Shown: positions 31,825-41,220 of the stretch, piece after piece
How the letters are laid out: each line of letters opens with the position of its first letter
Position numbering within the stretch: position 1 is the first letter of the stretch
Source: a bacterium
Lineage (GTDB): Bacteria; UBA8248; JACPRG01; G963555815
DNA length: 64,000 nucleotides
Assembly (NCBI GenBank): GCA_965261595.1
Contig: CBDHDG010000005.1
Location: forward strand, 704,452 to 768,451
Direction of reading: 5' to 3'
Translations under genes and position numbers: made by a program
Notes under the pieces: generated by a model
Databases searched by the model: none
What the model was told of the DNA's origin: nothing
Seen by the model: only the letters and a program-made list of their open reading frames with translations

Positions 31825-33684
31825 ATGCTTCGTCATTTTCGTCTGCTCGGCGTTCTTCTCCTCGTCCTCGGCTTGGCCGGCAGCGCCTGGGCCCAGAGCT
31901 TCAGCAACTTCTTCGTGTTCGGCGCCAGCCTGAGCGACACCGGCAATATCGCCCAGAAGCTAGGGCTGCCGGCGGGCAGCAGCTTCACCACCAACCCCGA
32001 CCCGCTTGCCGCCGAGATCATCGCGCAGACCTTCGGCGCATCGGGCAGGCACTCCCTCGCCGGCGGACCGAACTACGCCTGGAGCGGCGCCTGTGTGCGC
32101 CCGGATGGCCCGTGCCTCAGTCCAGTGCCGACGATCACGCAGCAGGTCGACCAGCACCTCTCCTCGCGGGCGGGCGGGCGAGCCGACCCGGACGCGCTCT
32201 ACTTCCTGTGGGCCGGCCTGAACGATATCAATGACGCATTGAGCGTGGATCCAGCCAATGCGGAGACCCGCGCATTGGCCGCCGCCGCCGCTCATGCCGG
32301 GCAGGTCCGGCGTCTCCAGGAAGCCGGGGCCCGCTATATCGTGGTGCCCAACCTGCCCGATCTCAGCGTGATCCCATTCGCCGCCAACCTGCCTCCGGCT
32401 CTCCGGGGAGCGCTGACCGCACTGAGCGCCGCCTATAACGAGGTGGTCTATACCGGTCTGCGCGCGCGCGAGGATGGCATCATCCCCATTAATATCCTGG
32501 CCTTGACCGAGGAGTTACTCGAAAGCCCCCAGACGTACGGCTTCACCAACGTCCGGGAAACGGCCTGCCCCCTGAACGCGAATCCCCTGACGGACCGCAG
32601 CCCGGTCTCGCTCGTATGCGGTCCGGAGGGCTCGGGTTATCCCGAGACCTACGCCCCCGGCGCCAATCAGCGCTACCTGTTCGCGGACGACAAACATCCG
32701 AGCGGCGCGGCTCACGCGGTCATCGCCAGCGTGGTCACCTCCACCCTCGCCGCCCCGGTCCAGGTTTCACTGGCCGGCGAGGCGGGCGTCGATGTGGCGG
32801 GGGTTCACCGCGGCGCCGTGTCCACGGAGCGGATGACGGATTTCGCCCTTGACCGACCCGTCGGGAGCTGGCGCGGCTACGTAACGGGAGGCATCGGCAA
32901 GCATGAGCTTGACGTTCTGCCGCGCCTGGGCGAAACGCGGGCCAACACGCAGGTGCTCACGCTGGGGGCCAACCGCCGGGCGGGGGCCGACCTGCACTGG
33001 GGCGCCGCATTGAGCCTCGCTCGCCACGACAGCGACGTCACGGGCGCGAGCCTCGACAGCACCGTGGTGCTCGGCTCGCTGCACGGAACGTGGCGTACCG
33101 GTGGCCTCCACCTGAGCGGCGCCCTGAGCGGGGGCAGGACATCGGTGGACATCGAGCGCTCGATCCGCCTGGGACCGGCGCGGCGGCCCGAGCGCGGCTC
33201 CACCAGCGCCGCTCAGTTCGGGGCCGAACTCGACCTGGGCTGGCTCTTCGGTGAACCCGCGGCTCTCCGGCACGGTCCCTTCCTCGGTTTCGTCTGGATC
33301 GATCAGAAGGTCAAGGGCTACCGGGAGAGCGGGCGCTCCTCCACCTCGATGAACTTCTCCGACTTCGAGCGCGATTCCTTCATCGCGCGCGGTGGCTACC
33401 AGCTCACCTGGCGCCTCGGCGGCGGGGTCCGCCCCTACGCCCGCGTCACCTATGAGAGGGAACTCAAGGACGACCCCATCCTGGTCACCGCGGGTTCCAA
33501 CACCCTGCCCGGGCGCTTCACCCTCCCGGGCTTCGCGCCGCCGCGCCAGTCGGTGAGCGCCGACCTTGGCCTGAGCGCGAAACTGACCGAGCACGCGAGC
33601 GTCCTCGCGGGCTACGCCGGACGCTTCGGCGACGGGTCGCGTCAGGACCACCAGCTGTCTCTCGTTCTGCGCATTGCCTTCTGA
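31825..33684 (+). CDS. Autotransporter SGNH/GDSL esterase-lipase (EstA-like)
   Basis: Signal peptide, FGASLSD (block I), GLND (block III), DDKHP (block V), beta-barrel ending in F. Confidence 0.85.
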   Translation: MLRHFRLLGVLLLVLGLAGSAWAQSFSNFFVFGASLSDTGNIAQKLGLPAGSSFTTNPDPLAAEIIAQTFGASGRHSLAGGPNYAWSGACVRPDGPCLSPVPTITQQVDQHLSSRAGGRADPDALYFLWAGLNDINDALSVDPANAETRALAAAAAHAGQVRRLQEAGARYIVVPNLPDLSVIPFAANLPPALRGALTALSAAYNEVVYTGLRAREDGIIPINILALTEELLESPQTYGFTNVRETACPLNANPLTDRSPVSLVCGPEGSGYPETYAPGANQRYLFADDKHPSGAAHAVIASVVTSTLAAPVQVSLAGEAGVDVAGVHRGAVSTERMTDFALDRPVGSWRGYVTGGIGKHELDVLPRLGETRANTQVLTLGANRRAGADLHWGAALSLARHDSDVTGASLDSTVVLGSLHGTWRTGGLHLSGALSGGRTSVDIERSIRLGPARRPERGSTSAAQFGAELDLGWLFGEPAALRHGPFLGFVWIDQKVKGYRESGRSSTSMNFSDFERDSFIARGGYQLTWRLGGGVRPYARVTYERELKDDPILVTAGSNTLPGRFTLPGFAPPRQSVSADLGLSAKLTEHASVLAGYAGRFGDGSRQDHQLSLVLRIAF

Positions 33685-33734
33685 TTCGCCCTCTCGCCGG
33701 GCTTCGCCCGCCCTCTTGCCGCCCGGCGGCGATC

Positions 33735-33992
33735 CCGAAGAAGAGAAGGAACGGGCTCGGGGGTCATCATCGCCCCGGATGGATTCGTCCTGACAAACAA
33801 TCACGTGGTCGAAGGCGCTCGGGACGTCCGGGTCAGCTTGACGGACGGCCGTTCCCTCCCGGCGGCTATCGTGGGAACGGTTCCGGCTACGGATTTGGCC
33901 GTCGTCCGCCTGGGGACGAACGGTCTTCCGGCGGCAGAACCGGGTGATTCCGACGTAAACAAGCTGTTGCGAGTCGGACTTTGGAGGGCGGA
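33735..33992 (+). pseudogene. HtrA/DegP trypsin-like protease fragment cut by IS21
   Basis: G.IIAPDGFVLTNNHVV...TDLAVVR...GDSD; lacks a start and the catalytic Ser region. Confidence 0.7.
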
Positions 33993-34118
33993 TGTAAACG
34001 GCGGTGTAAAACTGTCCCACTGAGGCGGTCGGCTATTCTGGCCGCGGCGGTCTAAAAGTGGACCGCTCTTTGGTCTTCCTTCAGGTTTGCAGGATACGAC
34101 CTGAAGGGAGGCTGGAGG

Positions 34119-35618
34119 ATGTACTCAGTGGAACTGTACGCACGGGTTCGGCACACCTGCCACGTAGAAGGGATGAGCATCCGCGAAGCGGCGCGGGCGT
34201 TTGGTTTGCACCGGGACACGGTGCGCAAGATGCTGCGGTTTTCGATACCGCCCGGGTATCAGCGGAGTTATCCCCGGGCGAGGCCGAAGCTGGATCCGTT
34301 TACGGGTGTGATCGACCACATCGTGGAGGGGGACCGGAAGTGTGTGAGGAGACAGCGTCACACGGCCAAGCGGATCTTCGAGAGGCTGCGCGACGAGCAC
34401 GGTTTCACGGGCGGTTACAGCATCGTGAAGGACTACGTGCGGGAGCGGCGGTTGCGGTCCCAGGAGATGTTCGTTCCCCTGGTCCACCCACCCGGCCATG
34501 GCCAGGCGGATTTTGGCGAGGCCCTGGCGGAGATTGCCGGGGTGGAGGGGAAGGTATCGTTTTTCACCTTCGATTTGCCCCACAGCGACATGGGTTTCGT
34601 GAAGGCCTATCCTGCGGAGAGGACCGAAGCCTTCTGCGCCGGTCATAACGCGGCCTTCGCCTTCATCGGCGGTGTCTCCCACAGCATTCTCTACGACAAC
34701 ACCAAGCTTGCGGTGGCGCGCATCCTGGGCGCTGGGAAGCGTCAGCGCACCCGGGCCTTTAGTGAGTTGCAGTCCCACTACCTGTTCAAAGAACGTTTTG
34801 GCCGTCTGGGCAAGCCGAATGACAAGGGGAAGGTCGAGAACCTAGTGGGCTATGTCCGGCGGAACTTTTTCGTTCCCATCCCGCGCTTTGAGAGCTTCGA
34901 GGCCCTCAATGCCCACCTGGAGGAGCAGTGCCGGAAGCGGTGGGGAGCACGCCTGCGTGGGCACAGAGAGAGCATCGGCGAGCGCTTTGAGCGGGACCGG
35001 CATGTCCTTTTGCCGTTGCCGCCGGTGCCGTACGACGCCTGTGAGAAGAGCGGTACGCGGGTGAGCTCTCTGTCTTTGGTGCGCTACCGGGGCAACGACT
35101 ACTCGGTTCCCGTGGCTTACGGCCACCGTGAGGTGCTGGTTCGGGGCTACGTGCACGAGGTGGTCATCACCTGCGGGACGGAGGAGATTGCCCGTCACCG
35201 GCGCTCCTGCGAGCGGGAGGACCTGGTCTTCAACCCGCTGCATTACCTGGCGCTGATTGAGAAGAAGATCGGTGCACTGGATCAGGCGGCGCCCCTGGCC
35301 GGGTGGGAGTTGCCCGAGGCATTCGGCACGCTGCGCAGGCTGCTTGAAGCGCGCATGGGCAAGGCCGGCAAGCGGGAGTACGTCCAGGTCCTGCGGCTGC
35401 TCGAGACGTTCGGGTTGGAGGAAGTTGACGCCGGGGTCCGGGATGCCCTGCGGCTGGGAACCATCGGCTTCGATGCGCTCAAACACCTGATGCTGTGCCG
35501 CATCGAGCGCAGGCCTGCCCGGCTGAACCTGGAGGTCTATCCCTATCTGCCGCGCGCCCGGGTTGCGACAACCTCCGCCCGGGCGTACCTGGACCTGCTC
35601 ACGGGGGTGCGGCCGTGA
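34119..35618 (+). CDS. istA: IS21 transposase
   Basis: QADFG, LYDN, KGKVE DDE triad; N-terminal HTH. Confidence 0.9.
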   Translation: MYSVELYARVRHTCHVEGMSIREAARAFGLHRDTVRKMLRFSIPPGYQRSYPRARPKLDPFTGVIDHIVEGDRKCVRRQRHTAKRIFERLRDEHGFTGGYSIVKDYVRERRLRSQEMFVPLVHPPGHGQADFGEALAEIAGVEGKVSFFTFDLPHSDMGFVKAYPAERTEAFCAGHNAAFAFIGGVSHSILYDNTKLAVARILGAGKRQRTRAFSELQSHYLFKERFGRLGKPNDKGKVENLVGYVRRNFFVPIPRFESFEALNAHLEEQCRKRWGARLRGHRESIGERFERDRHVLLPLPPVPYDACEKSGTRVSSLSLVRYRGNDYSVPVAYGHREVLVRGYVHEVVITCGTEEIARHRRSCEREDLVFNPLHYLALIEKKIGALDQAAPLAGWELPEAFGTLRRLLEARMGKAGKREYVQVLRLLETFGLEEVDAGVRDALRLGTIGFDALKHLMLCRIERRPARLNLEVYPYLPRARVATTSARAYLDLLTGVRP

Positions 35619-37814
35619 AGGAGACTCCCCAGGTGCTCCTGGCCCATCACCTCAAGGCGCTCAAGCTGCCCACCTTCGGGAGGGAATACGACAAGGTCGC
35701 CCGGCAGTGCGCCGCCGAGGGGGTCGACCCCGTGCGTTTTTTGATGCGCCTGTCCGAGCTGGAGCTGATTGACCGGGAGCGCCGGATGGTGGAGCGGCGA
35801 ATCAAGGCGGCGCGCTTCCCGGCGGTCAAGAGCCTGGAGCGCTTCGACTTCCTGGCTCTGCCCTCCCTCAACAAGACGCTGGTTGTGGAACTGGCGAGGT
35901 GTGAGTACATCGAACGGCGCGAGAACGTGATTGCCCTGGGCAACAGCGGCACAGGCAAGACCCACTCCCCCGCTCTAGGGTTTTGTTGGACACTCGATTG
36001 ATCCATGATTCATGGAGAAAGAGGTGTCGCGATGAACGAACAAAAGCAAGAGGGGGCTTTGGCGGAGGGCGCCCGTAGGGCGAACGGAGCCAAGGCCCCA
36101 GGGCATCGCAGTGAGCGGGGTCGGTTCTCCTGCCAGCGCAAGCGGGAGGCGGTCCTGCGTCTTTTGCGGGGCGAGAGCCTGGAGACGCTCTGCCGCGAGT
36201 TGGGCACGACAGCGGCTCGGCTTTCCGCCTGGCGCGAGGCGTTCCTTCGCGGGGGCGAGGCGGCGCTCAAAGCCCGCCCGGCGGATGAGCGGGACGAGGA
36301 GAACGCCCGGCTCAAGGCCAAGGTGGGCGAACTCACGATGGAGGGCGAGGTCCTGCGGGAGAAGATCGACCGCCTGGAGGCCGGCCGCCCTTTAGCCGGC
36401 AGGAGGTGGAGGCGATGAGTCAGGCCCGCTTCACCTCCACGGGCAGAGCCTACGGCCTGAAGCGGGTGTGCGCCCTTTGGGGCTTGGCGCGCTCCACGGT
36501 CTACGCGCAACGGCGGCGAGAGGCGGTCCCCGTTCATGAACGCCCCACGCCCAATAAGCGCGGCCCTGTGGGCCCGTGCACCGATGCGGAACTCCTCGGC
36601 CACATCCGGCAGGTCCTGGAGGACTCTCCCTTCCATGGCGAGGGCTACCGCAAGGTGTGGGCGAGGCTGCGCTTCGCGGGCATCCGCACCAGCAAGGAGC
36701 GGGTGCGTCGCCTGATGCGGGAGGCGGGGCTTCAGGCCCCCCACCGGGTGGGCAAACCCCGAGGTCCCAAGGCCCACAACGGGACCATCCGCACCGAGCG
36801 GCCCGACCGAATGTGGGGCACGCACATGACGACGACGGTGACCACCGAGGAGGGGATGGCCTCGGTGTTCGTGGCGGTGGATCACTGCTCGGTGGACTGC
36901 GTGGGGATCCATGCGGCCAAGAGCGGCAACCGCTTCGAGGCCCTGGAGCCGATCCGGCATGGGGTCGTCGAGCGCTTCGCCGGCTTGGAGGCGGACGTCG
37001 CCGAGGGGCTTAAAGTTCGTCACGACCACGGCCCCGCCTATCTGTCCGATGACTTTCAGCGGGAGATCGCCTACCTGGGCATGACCAGTTCGCCCAGCTT
37101 CGTGCGGGCGCCCGAGGGAAATGGCTACTGTGAGTGGTTCATCCGCATCTTGAAGGAGAATCTCCTGTGGGTGCGCTCTTTCGCCACCGTAGAGGAACTG
37201 CGGTGGGCGCTGCTTGAGTTCAAGAACCTGTACAACCATCATTGGATTCTCGAGGGCTACGGCTACCGAACGCCGGCCCAGGCAAGGCAGGAAAAACTCG
37301 CTCAAGTTGCGGAGGCCGCATGAGGTCGAATACCCTCACCCGAGTGTCCAATAACCCAGGGGCGGTCCACCACATCGCTCTGGGTCTCGGGCTTACGGCG
37401 TGTCAGAAGGGGTTGTCCGTCGGCTTCACAACCGCCGCCGCGCTGGTCAACGGGTTGCTCGAAGCGCGTGACGAAAGGCGTCTGCTGCGCCTTCAGAAGC
37501 AACGGGCCGCCTACAAGCTTCTGATCATCGATGAACTGGGCTTCGTGCCCCTGTCCAAGACCGGCGCCGAACTGCTGTTTGAGGTCTTCAGCCAGCGCTA
37601 TGAGCGCGGCTCTATCCTGGGGACGAGCAACCTGCCGTTCGACGAGTGGACCGAGATCTTCGGCTCCGAGCGGCTGACCGGCGCCCTGCTCGACCGCCTG
37701 ACGCATCACGTCCACATCCTGGAGATGAACGGCGAAAGCTATCGGCTCAGGCAAAGTAGGAAACGGCGCTCAAACAAACAAGCAAAGCCTCAAGACTCCG
37801 TCCCAATGGAGTGA
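35615..37814 (+). pseudogene. istB: IS21 helper ATPase split by IS3 copy 3 (35615-35965 and 37374-37814)
   Basis: GNSGTGKTH|IALGLG rejoins after removing the IS and one CCAC; LIIDELG, TSN, LDRL. Confidence 0.9.
35966..37369 (+). mobile_element. IS3-family element copy 3 (1404 bp); orfA 36032-36418, orfB 36415-37323
   Basis: Same ends as copies 1 and 2, TSD CCAC (35962-65 and 37370-73), first catalytic D changed to H. Confidence 0.9.
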
Positions 37815-37827
37815 GGCCACAACCCAG

Positions 37828-37851
37828 GAAGGGGGCCCATGGGCCCCCTTC
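37828..37851 (+). terminator. Perfect 24-bp palindrome downstream of istB
   Basis: GAAGGGGGCCCATGGGCCCCCTTC lies 13 bp after the istB stop; weak U-tract. Confidence 0.45.
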
Positions 37852-37911
37852 TTCACACACCAGGTGGGACACTTGCCGCCACGCCGGTACACTTTTACTC
37901 CGCCCTTGACA

Positions 37912-38478
37912 GCCAGGATGACCCGCTGATGCGGCGTGCGGCTCATGGCCCGCTCTACCCATTCCGCGTTCAGTTGCCTCAGCCTGCTCAGGTTCTCCTC
38001 GCTGCAGAGAACTTCCGTCTCGAACCGGCTCCATGTGTTGGTACTGGCCGCCTGCTTCTCAAGTGCCCGCCGGCCAACTACGGCTTGCCTGGCAGGGTCT
38101 CTCGCCAATCGCTCGGCATCGTTGGTGTCCTCGTACCCGGCCAGGCGACTATAGAGTGACTGGCGCAATAGCGGCACCAACTCATGCTGGACGTTCCGGC
38201 CATGACGGATCTCTTGCAAGTGGGCTGGCGCTCTCACCGTCAAACCCAGCGCATCATCCAACTCCCGGCAGGCCAGCAATCCTGCATCTGAAGTGATTCT
38301 GGCTCCGTGAAAGTCAAGCCTCAGCCTACGGTTACAATGGACCCTCAATGCCGTCTTTTTCGCTTCACCCATAGGGTTCCCCCGCGAGAACGTGGCAGGG
38401 GGAAGACAACACGCTGATTTTACAAGAGAAAGCGCCTTTCGGTCTGTCGAATCTTATGATCCAAATGGGAAATGCGGG
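37912..38478 (-). mobile_element. Truncated IS1380 element (left end and 5' transposase 38372-37912), cut by IS21
   Basis: IRL CCCGCATTTCCCATTTGG at 38478; MGEAKK...TSDAGLL...QRVIL| abuts the IS21 right end. Confidence 0.85.
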
Positions 38479-38778
38479 TTAACCTGTCAGGTTGAAAATT
38501 GCGACCGATCACCGGTTTCAAATAATTTGTGCCGGGGGCATTACTTGCGGACGAGGCGAGGGTATCAACTGCGTCCGATCCTTCCCGCCCATCGGAAATG
38601 GACCCCGGAAGAGGATCGGAAACTGCTTGATTTGATCCGGCATACCCCTGGCGGCGTGGGCCATGCTCCGTATGGCGAGACGGCGGGGCTGGCCGATCAC
38701 CTTTGTCGAACGAGTAACGGATTGCGCGCAAGGCTTGTCGTATTGAGACGACGGAAGAAAGAGGCGCTTGGCCTTTGA
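38479..38778 (+). pseudogene. Phage-type small protein 3' part (C-x4-C...C-x2-H zinc finger + WTPEED helix-turn-helix), 5'-cut by IS1380
   Basis: CQVENCDRSPVSNNLCRGHY and KWTPEEDRKL motifs. Confidence 0.45.
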
Positions 38779-38838
38779 ACCCCCCTCTCCGTGGTGACTT
38801 ATTGGTGACTCTACATTTTATGATTCCCGCCAAATCCA

Positions 38839-38905
38839 TGTAACTTATTGAAAAGATGGAGCCGACGGGCGGATTTGAACCGCCGACCTACTGATTACGG
38901 ATCAG
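38839..38905 (-). repeat. att site: duplicated 3' half of tRNA-Thr plus 18 bp downstream
   Basis: 38839-38899 is identical to 62692-62752 (61 bp) and extends to 38905 with one mismatch in the anticodon loop. Confidence 0.95.
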
Positions 38906-38964
38906 ATTTTCCGCTGTTCTCCCGAGATTACGGTGTGTTAATGGAGTTTATTTTATAATAGTAA

Positions 38965-39051
38965 TATCAATGTGTTACAAGGTATTTATGTTTCGCTTGC
39001 GTTAATGCAGATTATTCTATATTCTGTCTCTGTGCTGACATAGTGCTGACA
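38965..39051 (+). promoter_or_regulatory. IHF site, integrase promoter and arm-type repeats
   Basis: TATCAATGTGTTA (38965-77) fits WATCAANNNNTTR; TTGCGT-17-TATTCT (38997-39025); TGCTGACA x2 (39033, 39044). Confidence 0.65.
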
Positions 39052-39064
39052 CGGAGACCCAAAT

Positions 39065-40288
39065 ATGACCACCGTTCGACCCACTGACAGAAAATCAGAC
39101 AACCTTACCGAGCGCCGGATCCGAGAAGCCAAACCGAGGCCAAAAACGTGGATTCTATGGGATGTTCAAGTCAGGGGCTTGGGCGTTCGGATCACGCCAG
39201 CGGGTGTAAAGTCGTACATCCTCAACTTCCGCGTGGGTGGCCGCGAACGGCGGGCGACGCTGGCGCGAGCATCCGAACTCTCGCTGAAGGCGGCGCGGGA
39301 GCGCGCCGGGCAGGAGCTCGCCGCAATCCGCGCGGGCGAAGCGGACCCGCTTGAGCGCCGCCGCAACGCGAAGGCCGCCCAAACCGTGGCGGACTTGATC
39401 CGCAAATTTCTCACAACTGAGGGACCGGCGCGGATTCAGCGCGGGCGCATGACGCAACGCACGCTTTCCGAATACCGCCGCCAGTGCGAACGATACATCC
39501 TGCCCGCAATCGGCAAGATGAATGTCGAAGCTGTAGGGCGCGGGCACATCGAGCGCATGGTGGCGGCGCTTGCGCCCGTTACGCGCAATCGCGTCCTGGC
39601 GCTTGCATCTCGCCTGTTCTCATTGGCGGAAGTTTGGGAGCTTCGAACATCCAATCCCGTTCGGGGAATCGAGCGCGCACGAGAAGAAGCCCGCGACCGG
39701 GTTCTATCGCCCGCCGAATTGGCGAAGCTGGCGGCAGTGCTGAATGATTTTGAAGATCGATATCCCGCTTCCGTTGCCGCGATCCGAACCGCCGCGCTGA
39801 CCGGATTACGGATCGGCGAAGTGTTGGCGATCCGATGGGAACACGTCGATTTCGAGACGGGCAGGCTGACGCTGCCCGAAACCAAGACTGGACGGCGGCA
39901 ACATGACCTGCCCACGGCGGCGCTCGAAATCCTGTCGGCTTTTCCCCGGATCAACGCATGGGCCTTCACGACCGGAAGCGACGCGCCCGTGACCTATCGC
40001 ACGGTGCGCAAGCACTTTGCCGATGCGGCGAAGGAAGCCGGGATCGATGATGTGCGGATTCATGATCTACGGAGAACCGTGATGACAAACGCCGCTATGG
40101 CGGGCGTCGGAACGCACGTCTTGAGAGACTTGCTCGGGCACAAGACGGCGATGATGGCCGATAGGTACATCCGCGCTGTCGGCAGTCCGGTGCGTGACGC
40201 GCGGGAACAGGTCGGCACAGCGATGGCTACGATGATGGCGGGCAAGGGCGGCAACGTCGTCCCGCTGCGAGGCCGGCGCCGTGGATGA
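39065..40288 (+). CDS. P4-like tyrosine integrase with arm-binding domain
   Basis: WD..VRGLGVRITPAGVKS, TGLRIGE, KT, HDLRR, LGH, RY. Confidence 0.95.
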   Translation: MTTVRPTDRKSDNLTERRIREAKPRPKTWILWDVQVRGLGVRITPAGVKSYILNFRVGGRERRATLARASELSLKAARERAGQELAAIRAGEADPLERRRNAKAAQTVADLIRKFLTTEGPARIQRGRMTQRTLSEYRRQCERYILPAIGKMNVEAVGRGHIERMVAALAPVTRNRVLALASRLFSLAEVWELRTSNPVRGIERAREEARDRVLSPAELAKLAAVLNDFEDRYPASVAAIRTAALTGLRIGEVLAIRWEHVDFETGRLTLPETKTGRRQHDLPTAALEILSAFPRINAWAFTTGSDAPVTYRTVRKHFADAAKEAGIDDVRIHDLRRTVMTNAAMAGVGTHVLRDLLGHKTAMMADRYIRAVGSPVRDAREQVGTAMATMMAGKGGNVVPLRGRRRG

Positions 40289-40799
40289 ACTCAGCGAAGG
40301 CGAACTCGACGACATTCGCGCCTTCATCGAAAACGAAGATGGCAGTTATCCCGAGTCGGCGGATCTGGTCGCCCGATGGGACAGCCTTTCGCCCGATGCG
40401 CGCGCGCCCGGTCGCCCCAACTACTTGACGCGCGATGTGTTGATCTGGAGTTACTCGCATTGGGCGTTCAAAAGGCGCTGGGCATGGGACGGCCTGAACC
40501 AGTTGCTGATTACCCTTGAAGACCGCCGCGAGCCTATCCCCAAGGCGCTGAAGGACTGGGCCTATAGCGTCGTTTCCAGACAAGCCCGAGGAACGTTTAA
40601 GGCACCCGACAAGATGCGCAATCCCGAATTCGGACCGAAAGACGACCGGGACATGCGCATCATGCGCGTTTACGACATTCTCCGTGAAGATGGATGGTCC
40701 GAGGAAAAAGCCGAAGATAACATCATGATCGCTCTCGGCGGCGACGATCTCCGACATGTGTTCAGGAAAATGCGGGACTTCCACCCATTCAAGCGGTGA
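40281..40799 (+). CDS. Hypothetical protein
   Basis: 172-aa ORF overlapping the integrase stop; no motif recognised. Confidence 0.55.
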   Translation: MDELSEGELDDIRAFIENEDGSYPESADLVARWDSLSPDARAPGRPNYLTRDVLIWSYSHWAFKRRWAWDGLNQLLITLEDRREPIPKALKDWAYSVVSRQARGTFKAPDKMRNPEFGPKDDRDMRIMRVYDILREDGWSEEKAEDNIMIALGGDDLRHVFRKMRDFHPFKR

Positions 40800-40903
40800 G
40801 ACTATACGCCGCGCATAGTCACCAGACAGAAGATTTCTTTTGGATTAATTTGCTCCCAACAGGGTGAAGTTTGGTTCCTTTGAACATGTTGGGAGCAAAC
40901 AAA

Positions 40904-41128
40904 ATGACGCGATTTGACCCCACTCGCTATTACCGGACGACGGATTCGGAACTCTCCATCATCGCCACACGCGGCACGATGTCTCAATGGCGCCATCGCG
41001 GCGAAGGACCACGCTACATCCGGCTTGGGCGCCGAGTGCTGTATTTCGGTGAAGATCTGAATCGCTTCATCGACCAGCATCTCGTCGACCCAGTGGCCGC
41101 GCCCGCCGGCAACGGCGAAACCACATGA
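40904..41128 (+). CDS. AlpA/HTH_17 excisionase-like DNA-binding protein
   Basis: TMSQWRHRGEGPRYIRLGRRVLY; GGAG RBS. Confidence 0.8.
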   Translation: MTRFDPTRYYRTTDSELSIIATRGTMSQWRHRGEGPRYIRLGRRVLYFGEDLNRFIDQHLVDPVAAPAGNGETT

Positions 41129-41220
41129 AAGCGAGGGAGCTTAACCATCCGGCTTCGCCAAATGCCTCCTTCGGAAATATTGGCAAGGCTGGCAAGGCTG
41201 GCGAAGCGTGAGGGAAACTT

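Larger units (their letters stand above)
33993..37911 (+). mobile_element. IS21-family element (istA/istB) containing IS3 copy 3
   Basis: IRs TGTAAACGGCGGTGTAAAACTGTCCC and TGTCAAGGGCGGAGTAAAAGTGTACC. No TSD. Confidence 0.9.

Noticed and set aside
38857-38905. Second tRNA-Thr gene
   Set aside because: Only the 3' half is present, with no D-arm or 5' acceptor strand; it is an att duplicate.
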